This document shows, piece after piece, positions 49,303-59,523 of a stretch of 64,000 nucleotides of DNA. The translations under genes were made by a program, and so were the position numbers. A model generated the notes under the pieces. It searched no databases. It was given only the letters and a program-made list of their open reading frames with translations, and had not been told where the DNA came from. Where the stretch lies: assembly GCA_044223005.1 (NCBI GenBank), contig JBGAML010000020.1, positions 1-64,000 on the forward strand. The letters are read 5' to 3'. Each line of letters opens with the position of its first letter. Within the stretch, counting starts at the first letter, position 1. Source of the DNA: Candidatus Eiseniibacteriota bacterium. GTDB lineage: Bacteria > Eisenbacteria > RBG-16-71-46.

Positions 49303-49420
49303 TGTCGGTCATTGCTGCGTCAACCAGATCCGCAATGAAACTGCAAGCAAACGTGTTTCATCCGAAGGGTTTGCGCTGCTCATTGCAAGACGCAAGCCGC
49401 CCCTTTCAGGGGGCTGGAAA

Positions 49421-52400
49421 TCAAGCGGATGGCGGCCCCAGTTCCAGCTCCACCCGGTGCTCCCCGGGGGCCCCGGACAGCGGAATCCGGGCCGTTCCGG
49501 CCTCGATCGCCAGCGGGGAGCCGTCCAGGGTCGCCCGGACGACCGCCCGCGGGTCCCCGCCGGGGCAGCGGACCGCGATCGCGTAGACCGCCCCGGACTC
49601 GGGAACGCGGTAGCGGACGCGGTACTCGCGCCACGATCCCGGCGTGCACGGGCGCACGCGCAGCGCGGTGCCGCGATCGCGCGTGATGCCGAGGATCGAC
49701 TCGATCGCGACACGCAGCATCCAGCCGGCGGAGCCCGTGTACCAGGTCCAGCCGCCGCGCCCGACGTGCGGTGGCTCGCCGTAGACGTCGGCCACCACCA
49801 CGTAGGGTTCGGTGCGGTAGCGCTCCACGTGCGCCGCGTCGCGGGTGTGCGACACCGGGCTCAGCATGGCGAGCAGGCGCGCCGCGAGGTCGTGATCGCC
49901 CAGTTCGGCGAACGCCCGCACCACCCACAGCGCCGCGTGCGTGTACTGGCCACCGTTCTCGCGCACGCCCTTCACGTAGCCCTTGATGTAACCGGGATCG
50001 TTGGGCGTGTCCTGGAACGCGGGCGTGAGCAACCGGATCAGCCCGTCCGGTTCGGAGACGAGTTCACGGCGCGCCGCGTCCATCGCCATGCGCGCGCGCT
50101 CGGGGCTCGCCGCGCGGCTGATGACCGCCCACGCCTGCGCGAGCCCGTCGATGCGGCACTCGTCGCTGGAGCGCGAGCCCATCGGCTGGCCGTTGTCGTA
50201 GTACGCGCGGCGGTACCACTCGCCGTCCCAGCCGCCGTCGTCGAGCGCGGTGCGCAGCTGCGCGCGGAAATCCGCGTACCGCGCGGCCCGCTCGTGATCG
50301 CCGCGGCGTTCGGCCAGCGGCACGAAGTCGCCGAGGATCGCGTACAGGAAGAAACCCATCCAGACGCTCTCGCCCCGGCCCTCGCGGCCGACGCGGTTCA
50401 TGCCGTCGTTCCAGTCGCCGGTGCCGAAGAGCGGCAGGCCGTGCGCGCCGCGCACGAGCGAGCGGTCGATCGCGCGGCAGCAGTGCTCGTAGACGTCCGC
50501 CGACTGGCCGGAGTCCTTCGGGACGAGGAACACCTCGTCCTCGCCGGCCGGCAGCGCCGGTGCGGTGAGGAAGCGCGCGCGCTCGTCCAGCACCGCCGTG
50601 TCCCCCGTCGCGCCCACGTAGTACGCGGTGAGCAGCGGCAGCCACAGCAGGTCGTCGGCGAAGCGCGTACGGATGCCCTTGGCGAGCGGCGGATGCCACC
50701 AGTGCAGCACGTCGCCCTCGACGAACTGGTGCGCGGCGTGCAGCAGGATCTGCTCGCGCGCGAGCGACGGGCGCAGGTGCAGCAGCGAGGCCGCGTCCTG
50801 CAACTGGTCGCGGAAACCGAACGCGCCGCCCGACTGGTAGAAGGCGGTGCGGCCCCAGATGCGGCAGCTCAGCGTCTGGTAGGCGAGCCAACCGTTGACC
50901 ATGAGGTCGAGCGCGGGCTCGGGCGTCTCGATCGCGACGCCGGAGACGAGCGTGCGCCACGACTCGCGCACGTGTTCGAGTTCGCGCTCGATCGCGCCCG
51001 GCGCGCCGAGGCGCTCCACGAGCGCGCGGGCGGCCGCGGCGCTCTCGCACTCCCCGAGCACGAACGCGCACTCGGCGGTGGCGCCGGGCGCGATCTCGAG
51101 CGTCACCTGCTCGGCGAAACAGGGATCCAGCCCGGCGCCGAACACGCCGTCCAGCGCGCGGCCGGTCGCGACCGCCTCCGGGTGCGCCACCGAACCCGTC
51201 GCGCCGAAGAAGGCGGCCCGATCGCTCGTCGCGCTGCGCGCGATCGCAGGCGACGCCGGGATCGCCGCGGCGAACGCCACGCGCTCGGCGAACTCGCCGG
51301 CCATCGGGTTGCGGGCGACGAGGGCCGCGGTCGCCTCGTCGCGCGCGGTCACGACCCAGCGCGCGCTCTCCTCGGGCAGCACGCCGAGCACGAGGCGCGC
51401 GTACGACCAGAACGAGATCCGGCGCGCGCGATCGGAGCGGTTCGTGACGCGCACGCGCGCGATCCGCGCCGGGGCGTCGGCGAGCGCGAACCAGGTGACC
51501 TCCTGCTCCAGCCCCCCGCCCGCGCTGCGCGCGGTGCTGTAGCCGAAGCCATGACGCATCTCGTGCGCGGACGGCCGCGGCGCGGGACCGGCGGTCGGCG
51601 TCCACCACTCGCCCGACTCCTCGTCGCGCAGGTAGAGCGCCTCCACGTGCGGGTCTCGCACGGGATCGTTGGTCCAGGGTGTGAGGCGGTGCTCGCGACT
51701 GTTCGCGGCCCAGGTGGACGCGGCGCCGGTCTCGCTGACGAGGAAACCGAAACCGGGATTCGCGATCACGTTGACCCACGGCAGCGGCGGCACCTGGGGC
51801 CCGAGCCCGTCGATCCACGGCATGCGGATCACATACTCGGTGCCGTCGGCCGAGAAGCCGCCGTGCGGGCCCGCTTCGCGCAACGGCTCGTCGAGCGGCA
51901 GCGCCGCCGGCGCCGCGTGCGCCGGCGCGTGGCCGTTCGGGGCGTGCCGCGGCAGGTGCTCGCGCGCACGCGCGGCGGCGGCCGCACCGGCGAGCGGCTG
52001 GTCGAGCACGAGGCTCGCGGCCGACAGCAGCGACGCGCGGCCGTCCGGCGAGTGCGCGGCCTCGGGCGCCGTCGCGCCGGGGCGATCGAGGATCACGAGC
52101 TGCGTCTCGAGCCCGAGCGCGCTCCACTCGCGCCGCGCGGCCTCGAGCGTGGCGAGATCGCCGGCGCCGGCACGGGCGACGACGAGTGGCCGCCCCGGGG
52201 CGAGCCCCAGCGCGCGCGCCGACGCGGCGTCGCGCGGCTCGCGCAGCAGTTCGTCGGCGGGCGCGCGCAGGGCCGGGTCGCCGGCGAGCATCGCGGCGCC
52301 CAGCGCCTGCAGGTTCTCGGCGTCACCGGCGGACACGCCCGCGGTGCGCAGTGCGGCGAACGCGTGCGCGCGCGCGCCCGCGAATGCGGCGTCCGCCGCG

Positions 52401-53254
52401 CCGGCGGCGCCGAGCCGGTGCACGAGCGCGAGCGCGGCGGGCGCGGCGTCGGCCACGCCGAGCACGAAGGTCAGCGTCGCGGTGCCGTTCGCCGGCAGCA
52501 CGAGTTCGCGGCGCAGGCAGGCGACGGGATCGAGCACGTTGCCGACGGTGCCGCTCAGTTGCGCCTCCCCCGCCATCGCGGCGGGGCGCGACGGCGTGCG
52601 GCCGCGGCCCAGCCAGCGCACGCGGTCGGTCTCGCAGCTCACGGCGCCGGATTCGAGCAGCGCGTGCACCAGGACCGGATGGCGCTCGTCGTTCCCGCGC
52701 GGCCGGCGGTGCGCGAGAATCGCGCGCGCGTCGGCGTCGAAGGACGTCTGGACGAACAGCTTGGAGAACGCGGGATGTCCCGCGTCGGCCGCGGGATGGT
52801 GCAGCACGATTTCGGCGGCCGTGGTCACGTCCAGGCGGCGGTCACACCCGCTTCGCTCGACGAGCGTGACGCGGCGGACCTCGGCGTCCGCGTCGGCCAC
52901 CACGCAGACCTCGAGCGTCGCCTCGAGCCCGGCCTGCGCGTGGACCAGCGTGAAGACGCCCGGCTCCCAGCGCGTCTCGTAGTGCTCGGCCGCGTGTCCC
53001 GCGGGCTCGAGCCCGAGCGTGAACGACCGGCCGTCGGCCAGGTCGCGCACCCAGACCGCGAGCCCGGAGACGTCTTCGAGCGGATCCGTGGCGGCGCGCG
53101 TGAGCGCGTGCGCGCCGCAGCGCGACACGCCTCCGCCGGCGTGCGTCAAGAGCACGCCGTAGCGCCCGTTGGACAGCATGCGGCCGCCCGGATACGCCTT
53201 CGCCGTCCGCGCGAGGGTTCCGCGCGCGGACGTGCCCTGTTCGATCGTACTCAT
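49421..53254 (-). CDS. GH94 glycoside phosphorylase (Cgs/NdvB C-terminal type, likely beta-1,2-glucan)
   Basis: YQSGGAFGFRDQLQD, GTGDWNDGMNRVG, GVRENGGQYTH and WTWYTGSAGW motifs; two N-terminal supersandwich repeats. Confidence 0.9.
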   Translation of the reverse strand: MSTIEQGTSARGTLARTAKAYPGGRMLSNGRYGVLLTHAGGGVSRCGAHALTRAATDPLEDVSGLAVWVRDLADGRSFTLGLEPAGHAAEHYETRWEPGVFTLVHAQAGLEATLEVCVVADADAEVRRVTLVERSGCDRRLDVTTAAEIVLHHPAADAGHPAFSKLFVQTSFDADARAILAHRRPRGNDERHPVLVHALLESGAVSCETDRVRWLGRGRTPSRPAAMAGEAQLSGTVGNVLDPVACLRRELVLPANGTATLTFVLGVADAAPAALALVHRLGAAGAADAAFAGARAHAFAALRTAGVSAGDAENLQALGAAMLAGDPALRAPADELLREPRDAASARALGLAPGRPLVVARAGAGDLATLEAARREWSALGLETQLVILDRPGATAPEAAHSPDGRASLLSAASLVLDQPLAGAAAAARAREHLPRHAPNGHAPAHAAPAALPLDEPLREAGPHGGFSADGTEYVIRMPWIDGLGPQVPPLPWVNVIANPGFGFLVSETGAASTWAANSREHRLTPWTNDPVRDPHVEALYLRDEESGEWWTPTAGPAPRPSAHEMRHGFGYSTARSAGGGLEQEVTWFALADAPARIARVRVTNRSDRARRISFWSYARLVLGVLPEESARWVVTARDEATAALVARNPMAGEFAERVAFAAAIPASPAIARSATSDRAAFFGATGSVAHPEAVATGRALDGVFGAGLDPCFAEQVTLEIAPGATAECAFVLGECESAAAARALVERLGAPGAIERELEHVRESWRTLVSGVAIETPEPALDLMVNGWLAYQTLSCRIWGRTAFYQSGGAFGFRDQLQDAASLLHLRPSLAREQILLHAAHQFVEGDVLHWWHPPLAKGIRTRFADDLLWLPLLTAYYVGATGDTAVLDERARFLTAPALPAGEDEVFLVPKDSGQSADVYEHCCRAIDRSLVRGAHGLPLFGTGDWNDGMNRVGREGRGESVWMGFFLYAILGDFVPLAERRGDHERAARYADFRAQLRTALDDGGWDGEWYRRAYYDNGQPMGSRSSDECRIDGLAQAWAVISRAASPERARMAMDAARRELVSEPDGLIRLLTPAFQDTPNDPGYIKGYVKGVRENGGQYTHAALWVVRAFAELGDHDLAARLLAMLSPVSHTRDAAHVERYRTEPYVVVADVYGEPPHVGRGGWTWYTGSAGWMLRVAIESILGITRDRGTALRVRPCTPGSWREYRVRYRVPESGAVYAIAVRCPGGDPRAVVRATLDGSPLAIEAGTARIPLSGAPGEHRVELELGPPSA

Positions 53255-53294
53255 CGAGCTCCCGAAGCTCGGACCACGCGGGGTCCGGAAAAGG

Positions 53295-54941
53295 TCACCG
53301 CAAGAGTACCGCACGCCGGACGGTCGATTCACGCCCGGCCTCGAGCCGGAACAGGTACACCCCGGCCGCGAGGCCGCGGGCGTCCATGCGGATGGCGTGC
53401 TCTCCCGCCGTGCGTTCCTCGTCCAGCACCGTGGCGACCTGGCGGCCCAGGACGTCGTACGCGATCAGGCGCACGTGCGTCGCGGCGGGCAGCCGGAAAC
53501 GGAGCGTGGTCGAGCTGCGGAACGGGGTCGGTTCCGCGGCGAGCTGCAGCCGGGGTGCCTCGATCGCCGGCGGTCCGGAAACCCCGGTGGCGTTGAAGGG
53601 CACGAACCCGGCCTGCGCGAGGCCGCGCTGGATGTCGGCGTTCTTCATCGTGCGGCCCCAGACCAGCCCGTTCTGGGCGTTCTCGAGCATCAGCACGATC
53701 GGGCCCTGGTCGATCCCGAGCACGGCGGTCGTGAACCACGGCGTCTTCTTCGGGTTGAACGCGTCGCCGAACCCGTAGGGTCCCCAGTAGGGATAGTAGA
53801 GGCCGTTGTAGAGCGTGTTCGCGTGCGCGTACATGTTCTTGATGCACGGCCACACGGAATCCGGCGCGAACGGATACGACGAGATCGGCGCCGTCGGCGT
53901 GAGGGTGCCGTTGTCGGTGCCGAGCGGCGCACCGTGCGCGACGTAACCGCTCGGGTCGTCGCTCGCCGTGAAGCCCCAGAGCGAATCGCTCTCGCCCAGC
54001 CGGAACTGCGGGTACTGCGCACCGTAAAGCTGCTCGAGGATGCCGTTCGCACGCGCGTACATGATCTGCGAGATCGTCGCGCGCCGGGAGTTCTCGAAGT
54101 AGGTGATGCCCTTCGTGGCCATGTAGAGATCGACGGTGTTCCGGAAATCGATCCAGCAGTGCGAGTACTGGTGACCGAAGAGCGGAGGGAACCGCACGTA
54201 GGGCTGCCCGCCCGAGATCGAGGTGCCCCAGCTGTAGCCGCTCGTCCAGTACGTCCAGTCGGAGGCCGGCACCGGGTGCGTCGGCGAGCCCAGCGCCAGC
54301 AGGTACATGATCATCGCCTCGTTGTAGCCGATCCAGCGCCCGAAGCCGCCGAAGCCCGTCGAGGGATTCCAGCCCATCGCGATGCCCGGCCCGCCGTTGC
54401 GGACCCAGTTCCAGTCCGCACGCCACGTGATCGAGTCGGCGAGCGCGCGGATCTGCTGCTCGACCGGATCCTCGGGCGTCGCGAAGTACTCGCGGCAGTG
54501 GAGGATGCCCGCGAACAGCAGTGCGGTGTCGATCGTCGACAGTTCCGAGTTCCAGTCGACGCGGCGCGTGGCGGTGTTCATGTCGAGCCAGTGGTAGTAG
54601 AGGCCCTGGTAGCCGATCACCCCACTCACCTGCGGACCCTGCGGACCGTTCCAGAAGGTCTGCAGCGTCGTGAGCACTCGGTCGCGGCCCTCGTCGCGCG
54701 TGATCCAGCCGTGGTCGATGCCCACGGTGATCGCGCTCAGGCCGAAGCCCGTCGAGGCGATGCTGCACACCGATCCCGGCGTGCTGCGGTCCGGGACGAG
54801 ACCATTGGCGGGATTGGCCTGGTACCAGAAGAACCGGAAGCCGGAGTACTGGATCGAATCCAGCACGGCGCTCCGGTCCTGGGCGAGCGCCGGGAACGCG
54901 GCGAGCGCGAGGAACACGAAGGCGAGGGCGATGCGCTTCAT
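53295..54941 (-). CDS. GH144 (glucoamylase-like) endo-beta-1,2-glucanase with T9SS-like C-terminal domain
   Basis: GLVPDR, ELSTIDTALL, GYNEAM, FGHQYSH, WGFTASD and GIDQGP motifs; C-terminal YDVLGRQVATV...GVYLFRL. Confidence 0.85.
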   Translation of the reverse strand: MKRIALAFVFLALAAFPALAQDRSAVLDSIQYSGFRFFWYQANPANGLVPDRSTPGSVCSIASTGFGLSAITVGIDHGWITRDEGRDRVLTTLQTFWNGPQGPQVSGVIGYQGLYYHWLDMNTATRRVDWNSELSTIDTALLFAGILHCREYFATPEDPVEQQIRALADSITWRADWNWVRNGGPGIAMGWNPSTGFGGFGRWIGYNEAMIMYLLALGSPTHPVPASDWTYWTSGYSWGTSISGGQPYVRFPPLFGHQYSHCWIDFRNTVDLYMATKGITYFENSRRATISQIMYARANGILEQLYGAQYPQFRLGESDSLWGFTASDDPSGYVAHGAPLGTDNGTLTPTAPISSYPFAPDSVWPCIKNMYAHANTLYNGLYYPYWGPYGFGDAFNPKKTPWFTTAVLGIDQGPIVLMLENAQNGLVWGRTMKNADIQRGLAQAGFVPFNATGVSGPPAIEAPRLQLAAEPTPFRSSTTLRFRLPAATHVRLIAYDVLGRQVATVLDEERTAGEHAIRMDARGLAAGVYLFRLEAGRESTVRRAVLLR

Positions 54942-55077
54942 CGAAGGACCTTTCAGGCTCGCGTCCGGGTTGCGAGGTCGGGGGTGTTCTCGGGCGCCGA
55001 CGCCCGATACCGGTGTGAGCCGCCCGGGAGAACCCCCGGCCGGGGTCCGCCGGCCGACCGCTCCGGCGGGTGTCGCG

Positions 55078-55101
55078 GCGGGGCCCCGTCCGGGGCCCCG
55101 C
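55078..55101. other. Intergenic GC hairpin after the PorV-family gene
   Basis: Perfect 11-bp arms gcggggccccg-tc-cggggccccgc; no U-tract. Confidence 0.4.
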
Positions 55102-55118
55102 GGGAAAGTGTGACGCCT

Positions 55119-56129
55119 CTAGAAGCCGATGGCCAGACTGACGCGCTGCGAGTGGCCGAGGCGGCCCTGGTCCGCCCACGCGTAGTCCACGTGGTAGCGG
55201 TAGGTGTCGATCCGGCCCCCGATGCCCGCGCCGAGCGTGGCACCGACCTCGGAATCCTCCAGGAACAGGTTCTGCCAGCCCGCGCGCAGCGCGAGGAGGC
55301 TCTTGATCGAGTACTCCGCCCCGAGGCTCACGCTCTCGGAGTTGTCGTTCGGGTGGAACGCATCGGCCTCCAGCAGCAGCCGCTGGCCGTCACCCCACCG
55401 GTACGGCATCGCGAGGCCGACCCGGAACATCACCGGGACGGCGAACGAGTCCGTGTAGCGGGTCGCCGGGAGCGACGCGTTGTCGCCGTTCTGGCCGGGC
55501 ACGTTGTCGTAGGTGAACCGCAGGTCGCGGCCGTCGAACGCGCCGCGCGTGCCGAAGTTCGTCAGGCTGGAGCCGATGCGCAGGCCGTTCTCGCTGACGC
55601 GGTAGAGCGTGCCGACGTTGACCGTCACCGCGCTCGCGCTCGTGTGCCAGATCGTCTCCTGCACGTAGTTCACCTGTGCGCCCGCCGCGAACCGAGGCGA
55701 GATCTGGCGCCCGTATCCGAGCGACAGCGCCACGTCGTTCACGGAGTAGCGTTCCCCCGTCCCGAGCGGCTGGTCCACCGTGCGCACCTCGATGTCCCCG
55801 GAGTTGAGCGCGGTGATCGTGGTGAACGCCGCCCCCAGCGAACCGAGCGGGATCGCGAGGGCCACGTAATCGTGCTGGATGTTCGCGATCCAGCTGTTGT
55901 GGGAGAAGATCACCTCGGTGGACTTGACCGTGCCGATCGAGGCCGGGTTGTAGTAGACGCCCTCGATGCCGTCGTACGCGGAGACACCCGCGTTGCCCAT
56001 CGCCACGATGCGGGCGTTGGGCTCGATCTGCAGGAACGTCCCCAGCGTCGTGCCCGTGTTGGTCTGCGCGGACGCCGGGCCCGCGACGCATGCCGTGGCG
56101 ATCGCCGCGGCCAGGAATGCCTTCTTCAT
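55119..56129 (-). CDS. PorV/PorQ-family outer-membrane beta-barrel
   Basis: FLQIEPNARIVAMGNA...YYNPA motif, amphipathic beta strands, C-terminal Phe. Confidence 0.85.
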   Translation of the reverse strand: MKKAFLAAAIATACVAGPASAQTNTGTTLGTFLQIEPNARIVAMGNAGVSAYDGIEGVYYNPASIGTVKSTEVIFSHNSWIANIQHDYVALAIPLGSLGAAFTTITALNSGDIEVRTVDQPLGTGERYSVNDVALSLGYGRQISPRFAAGAQVNYVQETIWHTSASAVTVNVGTLYRVSENGLRIGSSLTNFGTRGAFDGRDLRFTYDNVPGQNGDNASLPATRYTDSFAVPVMFRVGLAMPYRWGDGQRLLLEADAFHPNDNSESVSLGAEYSIKSLLALRAGWQNLFLEDSEVGATLGAGIGGRIDTYRYHVDYAWADQGRLGHSQRVSLAIGF

Positions 56130-56143
56130 GTCGGCCCCCGCGC

Positions 56144-59100
56144 TCACTTGATCACCGCGAACTTGCCGATGTTCGTGCCGAGACCCGGCGCATCGACGTG
56201 GAAGATGTACAGGCCCGGGGCGACGTCGAGGTTGTCCTTCGTCCGCAGGTCCCACGGCACCATGCCGTCGATCGTCCCGTCCTGGCGGAGCACCTGGACG
56301 AGATCGCCGTGCACCGTATAGATCCGGATCACCGCGTTCGACGGAATCGCGCGGAACTCGATGCGGCGGTCACCACGACCCGACGACGCGAAGCGAGCCG
56401 GTTCGAAGCTCGCCTCGGCGATGTACGGATTCGGGACCACGTACGGCCTCTGGTTCCAGTCCGCCCTCGCCTTCGACGGATCGATCACCTGCGCACCGGT
56501 CGAGAACGTGAAGATGTCGTCGGAGCTCAACGGCATCCGCAGCTTGAGGTCGTAGATGTCGCCGGTACGCGGCCGGATGATGTCCTTCTCCTTCACGACC
56601 GTGGTGTCGATCTGGAAGCGCCACGTGAGGTCCGCGAGCGTCGGGTCGTCCGGCACCAGCCCGACGACGTCGATGCGGTCGGCGGCGTTGCTGAGCGTGC
56701 TGTCGCGCTGGAAGAAGCCCACGCCGCTCAGTGGCCGCGTGTCGAGGAACTTGAAGAGCAGCAGCTTGTCCCCCGTCGCCGTGTGGGCGATCACGTGGAA
56801 CTTGGCCGCGCCCGACCGCACGAAGTGCCGCAGCGTGTCGACGTAGGCGATCGACGTGTCCACCGCCGCGTCGTCGAACACCACCGAGATCGAGTCCGGG
56901 TAGCCCGTCACGCGCTGGGCCGGCGTGATGTACTTCTGCGGGTTTAGCGACACGGCCATCTGGATGTTGGTCGCGCTGCCCGCGCGCCAACCCGAACGCT
57001 GCGTGTCCACCGCCACGTTCTGGATCTGCTTGGTCACCTCGGGCAGCAGGCCCGAGCCCACCGGGCCCGTCCCCTGCGCCTGGAAGTCCTTGCCGTACTC
57101 GAACAGCGTCGTGTGGGTCGTGCTGTCCCGCAGGAAGTAGCGTTCCGCCGGCACGACGTCGTGCGCCTGGTCGAAGCCCACGTAGAACAGGTGACCGTTC
57201 GGGATCTTGTTCGAGTTGACGATGTCCATCGTCACCGTCCCGATGCCGACCCCGCGCGCGTGCTGCACGGCCGTGGTCGTCGCCGGCTCGAAACCCGCGA
57301 CGTGCGGTTCGGGCCGCACCGCGACCACGTTGCTCGGCAGGATCAGGCCTCCTCGCAAGGTGCGCGAGACCGGGATCGAGTTCTCGGACGGATAGAACGA
57401 CGTCGAATCCGAACCGGTGTCGAAGCCGTAGTCGTACGCGCAGACAGCGTAGTAGTACTGCTGGCCGTTCGTGACCGTGGTGTCCGTCCACGTGTGCCGG
57501 ATGCCGGTGTCGCTGCCGAGCCAGTACTGCACGCCCTCGACCGCGAGCCGCGAGTAGCCCTGCCGCTGGTCGATCAGGTCGAACTGGGCGAGCGGCTGGC
57601 CGTTGCCGAGTGGCTGCGTCCCCTGCCCGTTCGTGACCTTGCGCGGGTCGACGAAGTCGGGGTCGGTGGAACGGTAGATGCGATAGCCCTCGAAGTCCTG
57701 GTCGAACGTCACGGGGTCGACGGAGCGCTCGGCGTCGTCGCTCCACGACAGGCGCACGCGCCCGTCGCCCGTTTCGGCGGTGAGCGTCGGCCGCTTGGGC
57801 GGCACGGCGAACTGGTAACCGGCGTTGTAGATCTGCTGCACGGTGTGCACGGCCGCGCGCAGCTCCGGCAGCGTCGAGCCGTACGCGAGCGCGAGGCTGA
57901 AGCGCTCGCGCAGACCCGCCTGCAGCCGGAAGGGACCCGACGCGAAGAGGAACCCGATGTTCCAGTTGAGCGCCGCGGCGGAGTCGAACCGGGCGGCGAA
58001 GTTCCCCTGCGTGAAGAAGTCGTAGAGGCGGTTCGGCCAGTCGATGCCGTCCAGGTTCGCGAAGGTGATGCCGTCGGGCGGATGCGGGTCGGTGTTGCCC
58101 TTGCCGCGCGCGATGCGGTTCATCTTGAACCCGGTGAGGCCGATCTGGTCCGACTCGTGCAGGTCGGTCTTGTCGAAGTTGGGCTCGCCGGACGTCGGCA
58201 TGAAGTCGCCCTCGCCGGTGTCGTGTGTGCCGGGCACGCCGTCGCCACCGACGTCGTCCGTGACGACGTTCCAGGTGAGGTCCTCGTCACCCGTCCACCA
58301 CACGGCCGACTTGTACGCGGGCCGCTTCACGATCGGGCCATAGGCCGCGACGAACTTGGTGGTGTCGTAGTGCGACGCCACCCAGTCGAGGATCGAGTCC
58401 TGCCCGGTGATCACGAAACCGGGGCCGCCGTCGCGGCGCTCGTCCACGACGCCGTCGTCGTCGTTGTCGAAGCCGTCGAACGGATTGCCCGGCGTCTCGA
58501 GGTACGCATAGCCGAGGTAGCCCGTGCGCGTGCAGTTGCTCGCGAGCGAGACGCCCCGCATGTTCGTGTCCCACGTGTAGACGAGGTTCAGCCCGAGCGA
58601 GCGGTCGAAGTACGCGTTGTCGTCGTCGGATTCGGCCACCTGGTCGCACGAGATCGACGAGCCACCGACGCCCGAGTCCATGTACAGGCCGAAGATCACG
58701 TCCGGCCACGTCGTGGTGCTCTCGTTGGTGATGTCGTAGTGCCAGAAGATGACGTTGCCGGCCTGCGGATTGGACCACTGGAATCCGCGCACCTCGACGC
58801 GCAGGCCCATGCCGCGCCGCGTGACGTCGGTGGAGTCCGCGACCATCGGGATCGTGCGGTAGCGGTCGTCGTCCATGACCGTGTAGCTCTCCTGGTCGGC
58901 GGCGGGACGCTTGCCGAAGTAGCCGTCCCAGCTCCCCTTCCAGCCCGGATCGTCGACGTCGTCGACCTTGTCCGGCCACGCGTCCGGCCACGTGCGCGGG
59001 TCGTGGCTCATGGCCGGCGAGCGGTCGATATTGATGGCCGGATCGGGCTGGAAGAAGCCCGGACGCGGCTCGAAGCGCATCATGCGTCGGTCGGGATCGA

Positions 59101-59491
59101 GCGCCTGCCGTTCGCGGTAGCCCGTTTCCATGACATAGAGCCACGTCGTGGTGTCCTCGGGCGAACCCGGGGCGTGCGGGTGGTAGCGCTCGAGCACGAA
59201 GGGCGTCACGCCGTCGCTGTAGTTGACGCCTTCCGGTCCCTTCGGCACCTGCATCGAGAAGAAGATGCTCAGGTCGACGTTGACGGGATCGCTCGGGTAG
59301 TCGCCGACCATCCCGAAGTTCCAGAAGCGCGTGCGGATGTTGTTGGCGTTGTGCGTACCCAGACGCTCGGCCGAGATGTTGCCTCGCTGGTCGGGCGGCA
59401 CGGCGGTATCCGCGGCGCGGGCGAACGGCGCCGCCGTGATGAACAGGGCCAGCGCCGCGACGGCGCACGCCACCCACTTCCTGGCAGTCAT
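56144..59491 (-). CDS. Large secreted protein with acidic Ca-binding-like loops, Fn3-like domain and T9SS-like C-terminal domain
   Basis: Signal peptide; DGFDNDDDGVVDE; VRLSW...FEGYRIYRS...YYYAVCAYD; YVVPNPY...IRIYT...WDLRTKD...GLYIFHV...GKFAVIK. Alternative start at 59527 (ATGA overlap). Confidence 0.8.
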   Translation of the reverse strand: MTARKWVACAVAALALFITAAPFARAADTAVPPDQRGNISAERLGTHNANNIRTRFWNFGMVGDYPSDPVNVDLSIFFSMQVPKGPEGVNYSDGVTPFVLERYHPHAPGSPEDTTTWLYVMETGYRERQALDPDRRMMRFEPRPGFFQPDPAINIDRSPAMSHDPRTWPDAWPDKVDDVDDPGWKGSWDGYFGKRPAADQESYTVMDDDRYRTIPMVADSTDVTRRGMGLRVEVRGFQWSNPQAGNVIFWHYDITNESTTTWPDVIFGLYMDSGVGGSSISCDQVAESDDDNAYFDRSLGLNLVYTWDTNMRGVSLASNCTRTGYLGYAYLETPGNPFDGFDNDDDGVVDERRDGGPGFVITGQDSILDWVASHYDTTKFVAAYGPIVKRPAYKSAVWWTGDEDLTWNVVTDDVGGDGVPGTHDTGEGDFMPTSGEPNFDKTDLHESDQIGLTGFKMNRIARGKGNTDPHPPDGITFANLDGIDWPNRLYDFFTQGNFAARFDSAAALNWNIGFLFASGPFRLQAGLRERFSLALAYGSTLPELRAAVHTVQQIYNAGYQFAVPPKRPTLTAETGDGRVRLSWSDDAERSVDPVTFDQDFEGYRIYRSTDPDFVDPRKVTNGQGTQPLGNGQPLAQFDLIDQRQGYSRLAVEGVQYWLGSDTGIRHTWTDTTVTNGQQYYYAVCAYDYGFDTGSDSTSFYPSENSIPVSRTLRGGLILPSNVVAVRPEPHVAGFEPATTTAVQHARGVGIGTVTMDIVNSNKIPNGHLFYVGFDQAHDVVPAERYFLRDSTTHTTLFEYGKDFQAQGTGPVGSGLLPEVTKQIQNVAVDTQRSGWRAGSATNIQMAVSLNPQKYITPAQRVTGYPDSISVVFDDAAVDTSIAYVDTLRHFVRSGAAKFHVIAHTATGDKLLLFKFLDTRPLSGVGFFQRDSTLSNAADRIDVVGLVPDDPTLADLTWRFQIDTTVVKEKDIIRPRTGDIYDLKLRMPLSSDDIFTFSTGAQVIDPSKARADWNQRPYVVPNPYIAEASFEPARFASSGRGDRRIEFRAIPSNAVIRIYTVHGDLVQVLRQDGTIDGMVPWDLRTKDNLDVAPGLYIFHVDAPGLGTNIGKFAVIK

Positions 59492-59523
59492 GTCACTGTC
59501 CTCGTGACGTGGGGTCCGGAGAT

